Shown: positions 13,700-27,139, counted from the whole stretch's first letter. The stretch: DNA of 63,917 bases, filler included, from Conidiobolus incongruus B7586 (GCA_000697335.1; 25 parts of 25 records of this genome joined end to end with filler, not necessarily neighbours in it); one strand, 5' to 3'. Program-made: numbers and translations. The notes: a model not told the origin generated them from the sequence alone.

Positions 13700-14400
13700 C
13701 TCTATAAAAATATATTTCAATACCAAAAATATCTTAAATAATTTATTTTTATTTCTCTAATTAATATTATAACTATAACCTTAGTATTAAACAATTTTAA
13801 CTTTTTTTTTACTTATTTTTCTAATAAATAATACTTTTAGTTATATTATTAGAGGTTAGCTTAATTAACCTAATTAATATATTTCTATAAATTTCAATAT
13901 TAATCCTTAGAATTATTTTAAAAAAGGAGTAAGAATTTCAGTTTTAATGCTAAAATCAATAAACTTTTATCTAGCTATTTTATATATTTATAAAATATTA
14001 CTAATAAAATTAAATTACCTAATTGATATATATAAAAACTATTCTTTATAATAGAATATCATTAATACTTCTATTATTATATATCTAAACAACTTATATA
14101 TATCTTAATAGATTATAAATCTTTAATATAATTAAATAATTAATTTTAATACTTTAAAAATTAAATTTTATAAATTTAATTCCTATAAAAATTTAATTTA
14201 TATATTAGTTATAAAATAGGATAATATAATACTTTAGCTAATTTTTTATTAAGATATATTGATTTTACCTTTATTCATATTAAATATCACAAAAATCATA
14301 TAAATTTAAATTTGGTTTTTTTATAAATATTATCATCTTAAATCAAATAGCTAATTAAATTTAAATTATCTTTTGATAATTTTATTTTATAAATATATAA
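13700..14400 (-). mobile_element. Possible Ty3/gypsy integrase C-terminal relic
   Basis: The minus strand reads YQLGNLILL...LALKLK followed (after a frameshift) by PF.KII.RIN..Y. This resembles the YQ.GDLVLL..KL.P..GPF.I (GPY/F) region of gypsy integrases. Confidence 0.35.
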
Positions 14401-15206
14401 ATATTTAAAAAAGTTAGAGAACAAAAGACCTCTATATATTAAAAATTTTAACTTATTAAATAACCTTTTGTATTATAATAATAGGTTATATATTTTTAAT
14501 ATAGAATTAATTAAACTATAACTTCTTAAATTATATTATGATTTAACAATCTTAAGTCACCAATGATAGCTATATATATTCTAAAAANNNNNNNNNNNNN
14601 NNNNNNNNNNNNNNNNNNNNNNNNNNNNNNNTTAATTAATTAANNNNNNNNNNNNNNNNNNNNNNNNNNNNNNNNNNNNNNNNNNNNAATATTTATAAAA
14701 AAATTAACTAATTTATTTTAATTTTTAATTTATATTAATGTTTTTTTTGTTTTTAATCAAAAAATTTTTATAAATAAATTTTTTATCATTAAATATAAAA
14801 TAATAGAAATTATTTAATTTTAAATAATATATTACTTTTAATATATTAAACTATTTTTATATTATTTTTTAATATTAACCTATATTTAAATTAATATTTA
14901 TTTAATCCATTCTTAAAAATTTTTAATGAAAATTTTATAATAACTTTTAGATATATTCGATTAATTATTTTTAGATAATTAACGTCTTTAGTAAAAATAA
15001 AGTTAATTTTAAATAATATCAAAAATAATTAAAAATAAACATATAATAAATAAAATAACTAATCAATTATTATTTTTTTATTAATCAATATATTACAAAA
15101 TTTTAATACATACTATATATAATACTCTTCGTCGATGATATTTATTTTGGTTTAAATTAATAATACAAAGTAACAAAAATTAAAATATATATATAATATT
15201 ATAATA

Positions 15207-15450
15207 TATTGGCATATAAAAATAAGTTATAAAATAAAATTAAAGTCATTTCTATACTTACTTATAATTTAACTAACTTTTAACTAGATAAATATAAACT
15301 AAATAATATAATTATATGATTAAAAAATATTATTTGATTTTATTTAATTAATTATTGGTTAATATATTAAAACCTAAAATCTAGCTAAGTTAAGTTTCTA
15401 ATTTATAAGCTTAGAGTTTAAAAAAATATACCTAGCAAAACATATATACG
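15207..15450 (+). mobile_element. Tc1-like element, TIR plus 5' leader fragment only
   Basis: TA|TATTGGCATATAAAAATAAGTTATAAAAT TIR and leader similar to 11449 and 19799. Confidence 0.6.
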
Positions 15451-16457
15451 TTGAATATATGAATAATAATAATATTAGGCATGTTTTTATTTATAAATAA
15501 TATTTAAATAAAGTAAACTAATATTTTGATATCAGCTCTATAATATAAAAAAAGGATTGTTATAGAAATAAACTTTCTCTTTTTCTTTCTCTCTTTTTTA
15601 AAGTTTATATATAAATTTTTTAATATTATTATCTAATCAAATTTTTACAATTTTAATTTGTTTATAAAAATAACTTCCAATAATATAAATTCCGATATAG
15701 ATTTTAGCTATTTTAAAACCTATGGAACAATAAACCTAGAAGTAATTTTATAATAATAANNNNNNNNNNNNNNNNNNNNNNNNNNNNNNNNNNNNNNNNN
15801 NNNTTAATTAATTAANNNNNNNNNNNNNNNNNNNNNNNNNNNNNNNNNNNNNNNNNNNNATATTATTTTATATAATAATTATAATATATATAAAGCTATA
15901 GTTATAAAAATTTATCTATATATAAGGAATTAAAAATTTAACATATATAATATATTCATTACACTATAATCTCTATACTTATAATTACTATATATAATTA
16001 AAAAAGTTTTTATTACAAGAAAAGATCCCTACAAACAAATTTAATTAGTGTATAAAATATCAGTTTTTAATAAAATTTATTTTTAAATATTATAAATTTA
16101 CTCAAAATATGGCAAAAATTTATTAATAAAATAAAGTAATGATTTTAAATTATGTATTAATTTTTATAAATTATTTATTAATAATTATATTTGATTTTGA
16201 TTTTAAAATTTTATTATTATTTAATTTCTATATTAATATTATATTATTTATTATAATCATTCTAATAATATCATAATATTATATTAAATAAATTTGAATT
16301 ATTTAAAAATTCATTATATTCATTAAATTTTAAAGTTTTATTAAATAATAGAAAAGTTTTTAGAAATTAAGTAAATTAATATTTTAGCTAAAAATGAGCA
16401 AAATCTTTATCAGAGCTTATAATAATATAATATAGTATATTTAACAATATAGAGATT

Positions 16458-18023
16458 TCAAAAGCACAATTTAAAATACCGTCCTATTTGATTACCAATA
16501 AATTTCAATTGATCCAATTTGGAATACTGAATTGGTCCAATAATATGAATATTGAAATCCAAACTTTTAAATATACTAGCTTTAAAAATAGAAATATTTC
16601 TTCTCTTAATACTTAGTTGAAAATCTCTATGTGGTATATTGATATACAAAATATTCAAATTGAACACTTTATCAATAAGTCTCTCACACAAATGTCGATT
16701 AAAATGATCAACAGAAATATAGAGTTCCTCCCAATTCAAACTCCCTTCAAATTCTGTAATCAATCTCATCAAGAAATATTCTTTTGATTCAAAAAGCATT
16801 AACCTAATATTGGGAAACAATAAAGGTATGTAATATGCATCTGTTGAAATATCGTCAGTGTTCTTATCTATGTGATACAGATTTAAAGTGACTACATTAG
16901 GGAATAAATGTTGAATTACTGAATAATGATTTTGTAGTTGGATACTAAAACCTCCAAACAAAAGTTTCTTGAGTGTCAATAAAGGCGATAGCTTCAATGG
17001 GTTAGGATGGTGAGGTAGAACCAAAGGAGAAGAGAAGCACATCTCAGTCAAATTAGTACAGTGTGCGATAACATAGGTCATTAAATATTTATCAATTGTT
17101 ACAAGGCTCAATCGAGTCAAATTCATCCAATTGGGAGTGTATATATCAATAGGCTGATCAAATAGAATATCAGTCAATTGATGATCATATGAAATGAAGT
17201 GCCATTCAAAACATGATAATTTTTTAAAATTTGGATTAGAAATTAAAGTGATAAGTTCAGTGGTCAAATAATTTCTCATAGATTGTTCGATATCAATATA
17301 GTCGTAAATCCAAAGTCGAAAATGTTTCAAATTATTGTGGATGAGTAATTTACTAGGGGTAAGTATATAAGACCTACTGGGAGAATTATCAGGGGGTGTT
17401 GTATATATCACTGTCCAATTGAAATATTCCAATTGTTTCATTGTTCGATAACTCTGAATAATTAATGAAATATGATTTGAATTGCATTTTAGTGTAAGTC
17501 GATTAATATGAAATAACGGTAATAGTTTGGTTGAGGATTGTAGCTCGAGATAATATAGCGATAGATCAAGTTCTCTAAGATTCGGAAGTTCCTGCATTAG
17601 TTCAAATAATTGGTTCAATTGTTCATTGTAAAATCTGTTGTATCCACTAATTTCCAAATGTAAAGAGTGTATCAACTTTAATGATGACAGAATAGTAATC
17701 AAATTATCTAAACCCTGACCCAATACCCTCCATTCCAACTCTTCAACTGATCGAAACTTATGAATCGTATCAATAATATATTCACCTCTCAAGTTGGAAT
17801 TATCTAAGTATCTAATTAAGTATGAATATTTATCAATAAAATTCAGTAACTGAGTGCTTTTAATATTTGATGTCGAGCTAAATAACGCCGAATCAATTGG
17901 TTTAAGCCAATGATGATTAATTAGTCGAAGTCTAGGTTGAAATTTTGGGTTAAGAAAACTGACTATTTTCATAATAATATCATGAGGAAGATTAGACCAA
18001 GTATTTCGTATTTCATTCTCCAT
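16458..18023 (-). CDS. F-box protein with degenerate LRR/RNI-like C-terminal region, 521 aa, intronless
   Basis: N-terminal WSNLPHDIIMKIVSFL..RLRLINHHW F-box motif, then repeated LxxLxL segments (LPNLRELDLS, NLTRLSLV, FPNVVTLNL). Confidence 0.82.
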   Translation of the reverse strand: MENEIRNTWSNLPHDIIMKIVSFLNPKFQPRLRLINHHWLKPIDSALFSSTSNIKSTQLLNFIDKYSYLIRYLDNSNLRGEYIIDTIHKFRSVEELEWRVLGQGLDNLITILSSLKLIHSLHLEISGYNRFYNEQLNQLFELMQELPNLRELDLSLYYLELQSSTKLLPLFHINRLTLKCNSNHISLIIQSYRTMKQLEYFNWTVIYTTPPDNSPSRSYILTPSKLLIHNNLKHFRLWIYDYIDIEQSMRNYLTTELITLISNPNFKKLSCFEWHFISYDHQLTDILFDQPIDIYTPNWMNLTRLSLVTIDKYLMTYVIAHCTNLTEMCFSSPLVLPHHPNPLKLSPLLTLKKLLFGGFSIQLQNHYSVIQHLFPNVVTLNLYHIDKNTDDISTDAYYIPLLFPNIRLMLFESKEYFLMRLITEFEGSLNWEELYISVDHFNRHLCERLIDKVFNLNILYINIPHRDFQLSIKRRNISIFKASIFKSLDFNIHIIGPIQYSKLDQLKFIGNQIGRYFKLCF

Positions 18024-19798
18024 TTAATTAATTTGAGTATTTTATAATTATAAATAAAATTATTATAATTATATGATTACTAGTAATAATAATAATAATA
18101 ATGATTAAAATATCAATTAAAGAAAAGAAGTGTTTGAAAAATTAAACAAAATATCAAATCCTACAAGAAAGTGATAAATATTAATGTAAAATTAATAATA
18201 ATATTAAATTGTGGTAAATTGTTGAAATAATAGAACGTTTTTATAAATAATTCATAAATAGTAAACAATTAAATTGAATAAAGCCTTAAATAACCAATGA
18301 ATTATATAATATTATGATAAATATATCATGCCATTTAATTCTTTTAAAATGGATTATTTTAAAATTAAATTATATTTTGCTTTTTAAACCCTATATAATT
18401 TCACATTATATAATTAAATATATTTAAATACTAAATTAATTTTATAATAAATATCTAATTTAATGTACCATATACAATTAAAAAGAATAAATAAAAACCT
18501 ATTGAATATTATTTAAAATAATTAATCAACAATAATTAATAATGAATAAACTTAAGTATTGATATTTTTCCAATATCTTAATATAGTTTTGATATTATTA
18601 CATTAAAATTAATTCAAATTATTAATAGATTACCATAAATGATTTAAGTTTCAAACCATTCCATTATTGATTCAAAATAGAAATATAATTTTATATTTAT
18701 AGAAAGATTTAATCTTATTTTATATATTAAAATTATAATTCAATTATTTTATTTTTTAATTTAATTTATAAAATAATTCAAATTAATTAATGATAAATAA
18801 TTTTTAATTAAAATTCAATAATTTGATAATTAGTATTTAAATATTATATAATTTATTAATTAATATTTTATAAAATATATATGTTAGGATATAATTGAGA
18901 AAATTTTTGATTTTATTATTTATAAATTTGAATATCATTTTAATAAATTAAATTAAGATTTATTATAAATAGTTAAAATTATATAAATAAGAATTATATA
19001 TAAATTAAAATAAACTTTTATTTAATTTATTATAATTCAAAGTTATTTAATTAAATATTTGATTTATTTTTTAATCCTAAATTTAAATACTAGGATTTTT
19101 TTAATTTTTTATTTTTTAAATATATTAATAATTTATAAAATAATATCCTATAATTATTATATAAAATAATTCATAATATCATATATATTGGCAATATTGC
19201 AAACCACTTATATTATTATTATTTTTTAATCTAATAATTTTAGCTATCCCAAAATTATTAAATTATCTATCACTACATAATTACACCTTTATTGATAAAA
19301 TTAGACTAAGGTTTGGTGGGTTGGTTTTTTAGAAATAATATAAATTACCATTATTTAATTAAAAAATAAAGTAAACGTAAACTTATATTTACCTTTATTA
19401 TTTGATTAGAAATCCTTATTATATAAATAAACCAGATATATATATAATTTTCAATTTAATAATTTTAAACCTAATATTAATTAAATAATATTAATTAAAT
19501 AATATTTATAAATTTATTGAATTAAATTATTATTTTTTGAAATTTATATTAAACTAATAAAAATCAATTTTAATCCATATTAAAAATTATTTTTAANNNN
19601 NNNNNNNNNNNNNNNNNNNNNNNNNNNNNNNNNNNNNNNNTTAATTAATTAANNNNNNNNNNNNNNNNNNNNNNNNNNNNNNNNNNNNNNNNNNNNAATA
19701 ATAATATAATTAATGGATCAAATATATTTATTTAAATTTTTCTATATAATTTTATTTTTATATAATATTTTATTAGAAATAAAATTTTATAATTATTA

Positions 19799-20846
19799 TA
19801 TTAATTTATAAAAATAAGTCATAATATCAAAATTACCTATATATTTAAATATATTTTGAATAATTCTTAATTAAATGAATTTAAATTAAAATCTATAATT
19901 AACCTATATTAATTGATTATAACTAACTATATTTGATTATATTTTATTAGCTATTGATTAATATATCAAAATTTAAAATTTAACCAAGGTAAGTTATAAA
20001 TTTATAGGTTTATAAATCAAAAAAGTATAAATAACAAAACTTATATATATCTTTTTTTTGTTATATTATATATATTATAAAATTATTAAGTTAATATTTT
20101 AAAATTAATCTTATAATGCTTAAATCTCTCTATAAAAGAATTCACTTATATAAAAATCAACTTTATAATAAAAATAAATTAATTTATGAGATTATTAGAA
20201 TTATTAATATTAAGTAATCTATTATAGCTAGGGTTATTAAAAATAATATTAAAAAAACACTTAAACTAAAAATTTAATATATTAAAATTATAGATAAATA
20301 TGATGAAAAATATTCTTATAGATTAGTTATTTTAAGTAAATATAATATTATTATAAAAATACAACAAGAATTATAAAACTATATAAGAATATTAATTAGT
20401 CCTAATATTATTATATATATTTTATATTAAAATCATTACTATTTATATCTTGTATTTTATTATAAATTCTACTATTAAATAGTTTAATAATAACAAAATA
20501 GCTATTATAAAATAATTTCTTTGATTTTTAATTTTAACCTAATTAAATATTTTTAAGATTAATTAAAAAATTAATTAAAACTTTCCATTTAATAAAAATT
20601 CAATTTAACTTTAAAAGCATATTCAAGAAGCTTAGAATAATATTAGTTTTGCTTAATATAAGAAGCTAGTTAACTTTATACTTTATAAACTTAAAGAAGT
20701 TAAAAAAGCAAAAAAAAAATATACTAAATATTAATTTTTCTATTAATAATAAATCCTATAAATTTATAACATAATTTAAATATATTTTTAATTTTAATAT
20801 ATTAGTTAAAAATTAATTAAATTTAACTTTATATAATATATTATAA
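19799..20846 (+). mobile_element. Tc1-like element (subfamily B) with an internal deletion of part of the transposase
   Basis: TIR, leader, ATG CTT AAA TCT at ~20116. The sequence jumps at ~20430 from the HTH region to the post-DNAPCH region and continues to the KAK..YT.Y* end. Confidence 0.78.
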
Positions 20847-21513
20847 NNNNNNNNNNNNNNNNNNNNNNNNNNNNNNNNNNNNNNNNNNNNTTAATTAATT
20901 AANNNNNNNNNNNNNNNNNNNNNNNNNNNNNNNNNNNNNNNNNNNNTAATTTATAATATTAAATTTTAAAAACTATTATAATTAATTATTATTTAAAGAT
21001 ATTCATAAATAATTAATATAGAATATTCTGTAAATTAATATATATTAATATATTTTATTTGTTTAACTTATATAAAATTAAAAATTTTATAATTTTTGAT
21101 GATTTTATTTTCATTAAAATTTTTAGATAAAAGTAAATATAATAAATAAATTATTTTATTAGATCCCTTATTATTATATAATATATAACTATGATTTATA
21201 TAATAATATTTGAATTAAGTATAGGAGATTAGTTTTTGAATTTTTATATATAATAATATTAATTATGAATATATTTTTATTTTATATCAAGCATAAGAAA
21301 TCAAATTTTTATTTTTTTAATAAATTTCTTTTTAAAATTAATATAAAATTATCAAATAGTAAATTAAAAATTAATCAAATATAATATTTAATAATTTCTT
21401 ATTAAGTATAAAAAAATTTAATCATTTAAAAATAAATATTATTTGAAAATTTAAATGATATAGTTTTTATTAATTAATTAATGTCTTGTTTTAAATATAA
21501 ATCAATTATTAAA

Positions 21514-21927
21514 TTAAATTATATTTGATAACACTGAATATGGAGAAGGATTGTTGCTTTTACTGAATCCACTGTTGAAAAGACCTTCTAACAAATCATT
21601 TACAGAGTTTAAAACATTCGCAGCTAGTCCAGTGCTCTTATAATCAGTGGTGAGTATTCCTCCTCCAATTCTATCAACTGTTTGTCCAGCTACTGCACCA
21701 GCACTTCTAGTGATAGGCTGAGTTGGAAGGTAAGATAAGTTAGTCAATCCATTGTTAGTGATTTGTGGGGATGGCATTGATCGTTTCACTAGATCAAGAT
21801 TATTGTTGATTACATTGGATAAGGACTGATCAACATCGTCCAACATAGGAGTTTCTACACTGAGATTGATGGGAGTAGAAATCAAACATTGAATAAGACA
21901 TAAAGTAACTAAGTTAAGGAATTGCAT
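21514..21927 (-). CDS. Small secreted preproprotein of unknown function, 137 aa
   Basis: Hydrophobic signal peptide MQFLNLVTLCLIQCLIS, an acidic pro-region ending LVKR (Kex2-type site), coding-like GC content, and a TATA-like element ~70 bp upstream. Confidence 0.75.
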   Translation of the reverse strand: MQFLNLVTLCLIQCLISTPINLSVETPMLDDVDQSLSNVINNNLDLVKRSMPSPQITNNGLTNLSYLPTQPITRSAGAVAGQTVDRIGGGILTTDYKSTGLAANVLNSVNDLLEGLFNSGFSKSNNPSPYSVLSNII

Positions 21928-22649
21928 TTTACTCGGATTGTATCAAAAATAAAATAATTTAGAAAGTAGTTCTTTGAATAATTGATACCCACCTTCAATA
22001 TATATTTATATCAAATCTCAGATTTTAAAATGTTAAATGCATGCATTTAATGAAGGAGTATCCTCATAATATTAAAAAATCATATGAATCGTACGTTAAT
22101 GATTTTCCAAATTTATATATTAAATATTTCCATAATTATCAGTATGTATCAGATAATACAAATTTAATAATGTATAAATGAATCAAAAAATAGCCAACTA
22201 TAATCAATTGATATATATATATATATATTGATAGATTAAATATGGTGATAAACGAATTTTATTAAATCCTCTAGAGTCAATTTTAAAATTAAAAAATAAA
22301 ATAAATAAAAAATTAATAGAATATAAAGATTTCTCTAATAATATTAAAATGGTAAAAATATACGGTTTATATTCATTGATTTATTTAATTTAAACAACAA
22401 TATTTAACAATAATAATGAATTGTATTATTAAAATGCATTAATAATTATTATACCACCAGTTATTTAAGGGGGAGTTAATTTATTATCTGTACTATTTTT
22501 AAAATTACAATGCATTAAGTAAACCACTATTTTAAAAATTAAGGTTCAAACTAAAAGAAAATATTTTGTATTTTTTATTATTATATAATTTAAAGTATTT
22601 TATAAAAATTAATATCGATCTTGTATTTCTTTGTCATACATTCAAATAT

Positions 22650-23100
22650 CAGAATTAAAACATTTATAATATTTAATATTAGGATATATATTTCTTGAAA
22701 CTATTTTTTTAAAATGAACCAGTTTTCACAATTCAGTATCAATGTTGAGGCTTTAAGAATTTTCGATAGTAGTACAAGAACTTAGTTTTACTGATTAGGA
22801 AATATAAAATTAGTGTATAAATTTTATTATATGATAATAACCAGATTTATACAACACTATCCAACATTATTCATTTTGAAAGAGCAATATCAATATAAAA
22901 GAGAAATAATATATTATATTATATAATTTATCCAATTTTGAAGAATTCTTTGATTAATCATAAAACAAATAATGTAGTTTACTATTCCTGTAATTTCTGC
23001 TAGTTATAAAAAAGCATATTAATATTTAATCAAGGTTTAGATAAACTATTACCAATAGCACAGATAATTGGATATTATTTTATAAAAGTTTTTAATTTCA
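22650..23100 (+). mobile_element. hAT transposase C-terminal (dimerisation domain) relic
   Basis: FTIPVISASYKKAY*YLIKV at ~22978 reverts by transitions toward TIPVTSASCERA, the hAT dimerisation motif. EALRIFD lies upstream at ~22747. Confidence 0.5.
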
Positions 23101-24479
23101 AACAATATAGAACTAAATAAAATATTATCCTTTTGAGTTAAATAATAATATTTCTGACTATATTTGTATCTTTAAAATAAAAAAATAAGTTAGGATCTTA
23201 TTAAATAATGTTAAATATCAGGTAGAGTTGAAAAAGTCAAAAATATATAGGTATCAGGTAGATCCAGGCTTTATTTAATTTTTGATATTAAATTTTTTTG
23301 ATTAATAAAAAATTATATTTAATATCAAAAATATATTCTATAAAAATCTTTTAATAAAATTCGAAATAAAAATTTAAATTATAATTTATTTATTATATAA
23401 AATATTTTTTTAATATAAAGTTTTTTGGAATTAAAACCTAATACTCAATTATAAATATTATAGATTTCAAACTATACCAAAATAAAAATATAAATGGATT
23501 ATCTTAGAAATTATCATAAATTATCAAAATAAGCTATTTTATTATAAATTTATCTTCAATTTAATATATAACTATGATTTTTTAAAAATATATATTCTAA
23601 TATAATTATTTAAATTAAAAAAATCTATTATAATTAAAAAAAATTTTAAATAATTAAAAAATCAATAAATTTAAATTATTTAATATCTTAGATATAAAAA
23701 TACTAATGAATTATTTAAATATAAGAAATTTGATTTAAATATACTTTGTTATTAAAGATAAAATAAGTAATATATCTTAAATAAAAAATAAAAACTTAAA
23801 ATTAAATATTTGAATATAAATTCCTTATAAAATAAGAATAAATAAATATCAAAGACTTTTTATAATATTTAATTTTAATTAATAANNNNNNNNNNNNNNN
23901 NNNNNNNNNNNNNNNNNNNNNNNNNNNNNTTAATTAATTAANNNNNNNNNNNNNNNNNNNNNNNNNNNNNNNNNNNNNNNNNNNNATATTAAAAAGTAGT
24001 ATTTAATTTTAACTATATAATTATTTTAATAATTTAAAATTTATTATATAAATATATTTTATATATTCTATTATAAACTTCGATTAATTAATCAAAATAT
24101 GAAATAAATATATTATCATTTAACAAAACTATGAGAAACTGAAATAATTCTAATATATTTATTAAAATATTACTAAAATCTGAGGTTTTTATAATAAATC
24201 ATTATAATAGATAGATTTTAATTTTTTTATATAATCCTTTATCTAAAATCAAAACAAAATGTTAAATTAGGTGATATTAACTTTTTTTATAAATTCTAAT
24301 AAACAAAAATTTTATTAATAGGCAAATATTGATCATTATAATAGATTATAATAATATATAATTTCTTAATTTAACTTTTTAAGATAAATTAATTAAAAAT
24401 AAGATTTATATAAATTTTTAAAAAAAATTTTTAATTAGTATTTTAATATCAAATTAAAAATATCTATTTTAATATAGAT

Positions 24480-24790
24480 TACTTTTGAAATATATATATA
24501 GTTAAAATTTTAAAAATTTTTATATAATAAAATTTAAAAAAATTATTAAATTAATTTTATTCTTTAAATTATAACTTATATAATTATAATTATTTTAGAT
24601 AATAAAAAATTAGCTTATAAAAATAAAATTCTTATAAATATATTAAATTTATTAAATATCAAATTTCAGTTGTTAATAAAAAGTAAGTTTTTTATTAGTT
24701 AGAAGTTTTGTAAAAATATAACAAAAAGTAGTTAATAATAAAAAAAGTATTAATGTTATATTTTATATTAATTTATATTAATCATATATT
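24480..24790 (+). mobile_element. mariner 3' fragment
   Basis: Shares tagcttataa..aaattc..atcaaatttcagt..ttagaagttttg with the 3' end of the mariner copies. Confidence 0.5.
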
Positions 24791-25358
24791 AATAATTTAT
24801 TTATTTCTATAATAACACATTGTAATCATTAATTTAATAAAGCAAATTTCTTACAAACTATCCATCCAAAAGTGAATAATAATATTGAAAAAATATTATA
24901 ATTAAGTAGAAAATATAAGAATTATTTAATTTCAAACTTTATTTTTGGGTTTTACAAAATTATATTAATTTCTACATAGTTATGTAAGTTTAATTTTAGA
25001 TGATTCATCTTTAACAAACTTTATAATCGCAGATACAATTAGATTGAACATGAGGACTATCACCTTAATTTTATTGCTTAAAATTGTCTTTTGATGTTAT
25101 TTAAATATTTGTTGGAATATATTCGCCTGATATATATTAATACTTTAATTTCAAGTATATAATTTTTGAACAATTTAAAGTCATAATGCACAAAAATAAA
25201 ATTTAAAATATATTTAGTTTATTAATGCATATATTAATAACTACCAATCAAACGAAAGAAATTAAATATTTTAATTAATAACTGAAACATTTATAAAATT
25301 GGGGGTATAAATTTGATCTGTAGAACTATTAGATCAAAATTCTAATATTACATTAATC

Positions 25359-26609
25359 ATGATATCTTGTCTATTAACCTTATTATTAAGTGCTGTGAAT
25401 GCTAAACACAATTTTACAGGACAGCAATTGTTAGAATGTCAAGTTCCTAACATTCAAGCGGCTCAGCAACTTTTTAAGTTTGATGTTTTCGAACATCACG
25501 GTAAACACTTTATGGTTCGTGCCAAAAACACTAAGGAGAAGGAGGATGCAATGAATGCTGCAAATTGTCGAGTTGTGGAAACCAATTTACAGAATTATGT
25601 CGACCGGTTCTTCACCCCACAATTAACACGTATCTTGCCCATCGACAGAGCGTTACCGGACGACCTATTCTTCAGCAACTATCAAAGCTATGGAACTATT
25701 CGTGAACAATTTAAGAGTTGGGCTGAAAAATATCCCAAATATGCGAAGTTCATTGACAGTATTGGCAAATCTGTTGAAGGTAGGGAGGTTTTTGCTTTCG
25801 AAATTACTGGAACGAACAAATATGCTAAGAAACGAGATATTATTTATATTGGTGGTCAGCATGCTAGGGAATGGATTTCACCTGCAACCGTTGCTTATAT
25901 TTCAAATCAGTTATTGAAGAACGCTGAATCCGATCCCGAAGTTCGTAATCACCTCAATAGATTCGTGTACCGTATTGTGCCAGTAATGAATCCTGACGGT
26001 TACGAATACTCTAGAAACGTTGATCGGTTGTGGCGTAAAAATAGACGTCATAATGGTGGGTTGTCCTATGGAGTTGATTTGAACAGAAATTGGGATGAAC
26101 ACTGGAGCCAAGTTGGAGCTTCTACCAATCCTGACGACGAAACATACTGTGGCCCAAGTGCTGCAAGTGAGCCGGAAGTTCAAAACATCGTACAATATGT
26201 CACAGGATTAAAGGATCGCTACGGATACGTTGATTGGCATTCCTTTGGTCAGTTTATTTTGAGAAATTGGGGATGGACATACACACGATCCCAAAATGAA
26301 CCTATTCTGAAAAAGATTGGAGATGACATTGCTAAAGCGATGAAATCTGGTGGCTACGATTACGTTTCGCAATCTGGCGCAGACCTGTACCCTGCTTCAG
26401 GTGCTTCTGATGACTGGGCAACAACTAAAGCTGGTTTAGTCGCTTATACTATTGAATTATGTCCCAATTCTTGGACTGGCGGTGGTTTCATATTGCCACC
26501 TACTGAAATTGTTAAATGTGCATCAGCTGCTTATTCAGGGTCTAAAAAATTTAGTCAATCATTAATTGACAATCCTGATATTCCATATAATCCTGCTCCT
26601 AGCTCCTAA
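25359..26609 (+). CDS. Secreted M14A zinc carboxypeptidase preproenzyme, 416 aa, intronless
   Basis: Signal peptide, ~85-aa propeptide, GQHAREW (Zn ligands), NPDGYEY, RLWRKNRR, GVDLNRNW, DWHSFGQ (third Zn ligand), YPASGASDDW and YTIEL (catalytic Glu). Confidence 0.95.
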   Translation: MISCLLTLLLSAVNAKHNFTGQQLLECQVPNIQAAQQLFKFDVFEHHGKHFMVRAKNTKEKEDAMNAANCRVVETNLQNYVDRFFTPQLTRILPIDRALPDDLFFSNYQSYGTIREQFKSWAEKYPKYAKFIDSIGKSVEGREVFAFEITGTNKYAKKRDIIYIGGQHAREWISPATVAYISNQLLKNAESDPEVRNHLNRFVYRIVPVMNPDGYEYSRNVDRLWRKNRRHNGGLSYGVDLNRNWDEHWSQVGASTNPDDETYCGPSAASEPEVQNIVQYVTGLKDRYGYVDWHSFGQFILRNWGWTYTRSQNEPILKKIGDDIAKAMKSGGYDYVSQSGADLYPASGASDDWATTKAGLVAYTIELCPNSWTGGGFILPPTEIVKCASAAYSGSKKFSQSLIDNPDIPYNPAPSS

Positions 26610-27139
26610 TTACAAAAATGATATTTATAATAGTGAAGTTCATGCATGGAATTTGATAAATCAGTAACTAAAATTTCGAACAAAACTATTATAATAACCC
26701 AGATGCTATTGATTCCATGACCAAAACAGAATGGCAATCATTTTGAAATATTTATGAAAAAGTGAATAAAGCTGCCACAACTTTAAAAAGATCCAATCAA
26801 CAGTAAAAGCTTATAGATGTTTTCATTATAATTACCTAATATTTATATTAACATATATTTACAAAGTTTATTAATTGATTTTTTTATTTTCTTCAAAAAT
26901 GAAACTTTTGAATAAAATTCTAGATGGTGAAAAATTTAGTTATATTGCATCAACATTCTTAAATCACTGCACAAACCGAAAATATATAAATGATGCCGAG
27001 TTAAATTTAGTCACTATTTACAAGTAATTATTGTCTTCGTTCATAGGAAAAGTAGTGTTTGATCGTTTATTCATAATAGATTTAGAATATAATTAAGTAG
27101 GATAAAAAGTATAACTTCAAGACATTTTATAAATTTGCA

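Noticed and set aside
7905..16400. Mitochondrial insertion or organellar DNA as the source of the extreme AT content
   Set aside because: No mitochondrial genes or rRNA were recognised; much of it resolves into mutated nuclear transposons.
25665..26195. Three short ORFs overlapping the carboxypeptidase
   Set aside because: Shadow ORFs with no independent coding features.
26640..27030. Coding-like fragments between the carboxypeptidase and its pseudogene
   Set aside because: Short, stop-interrupted and not assignable to any family.
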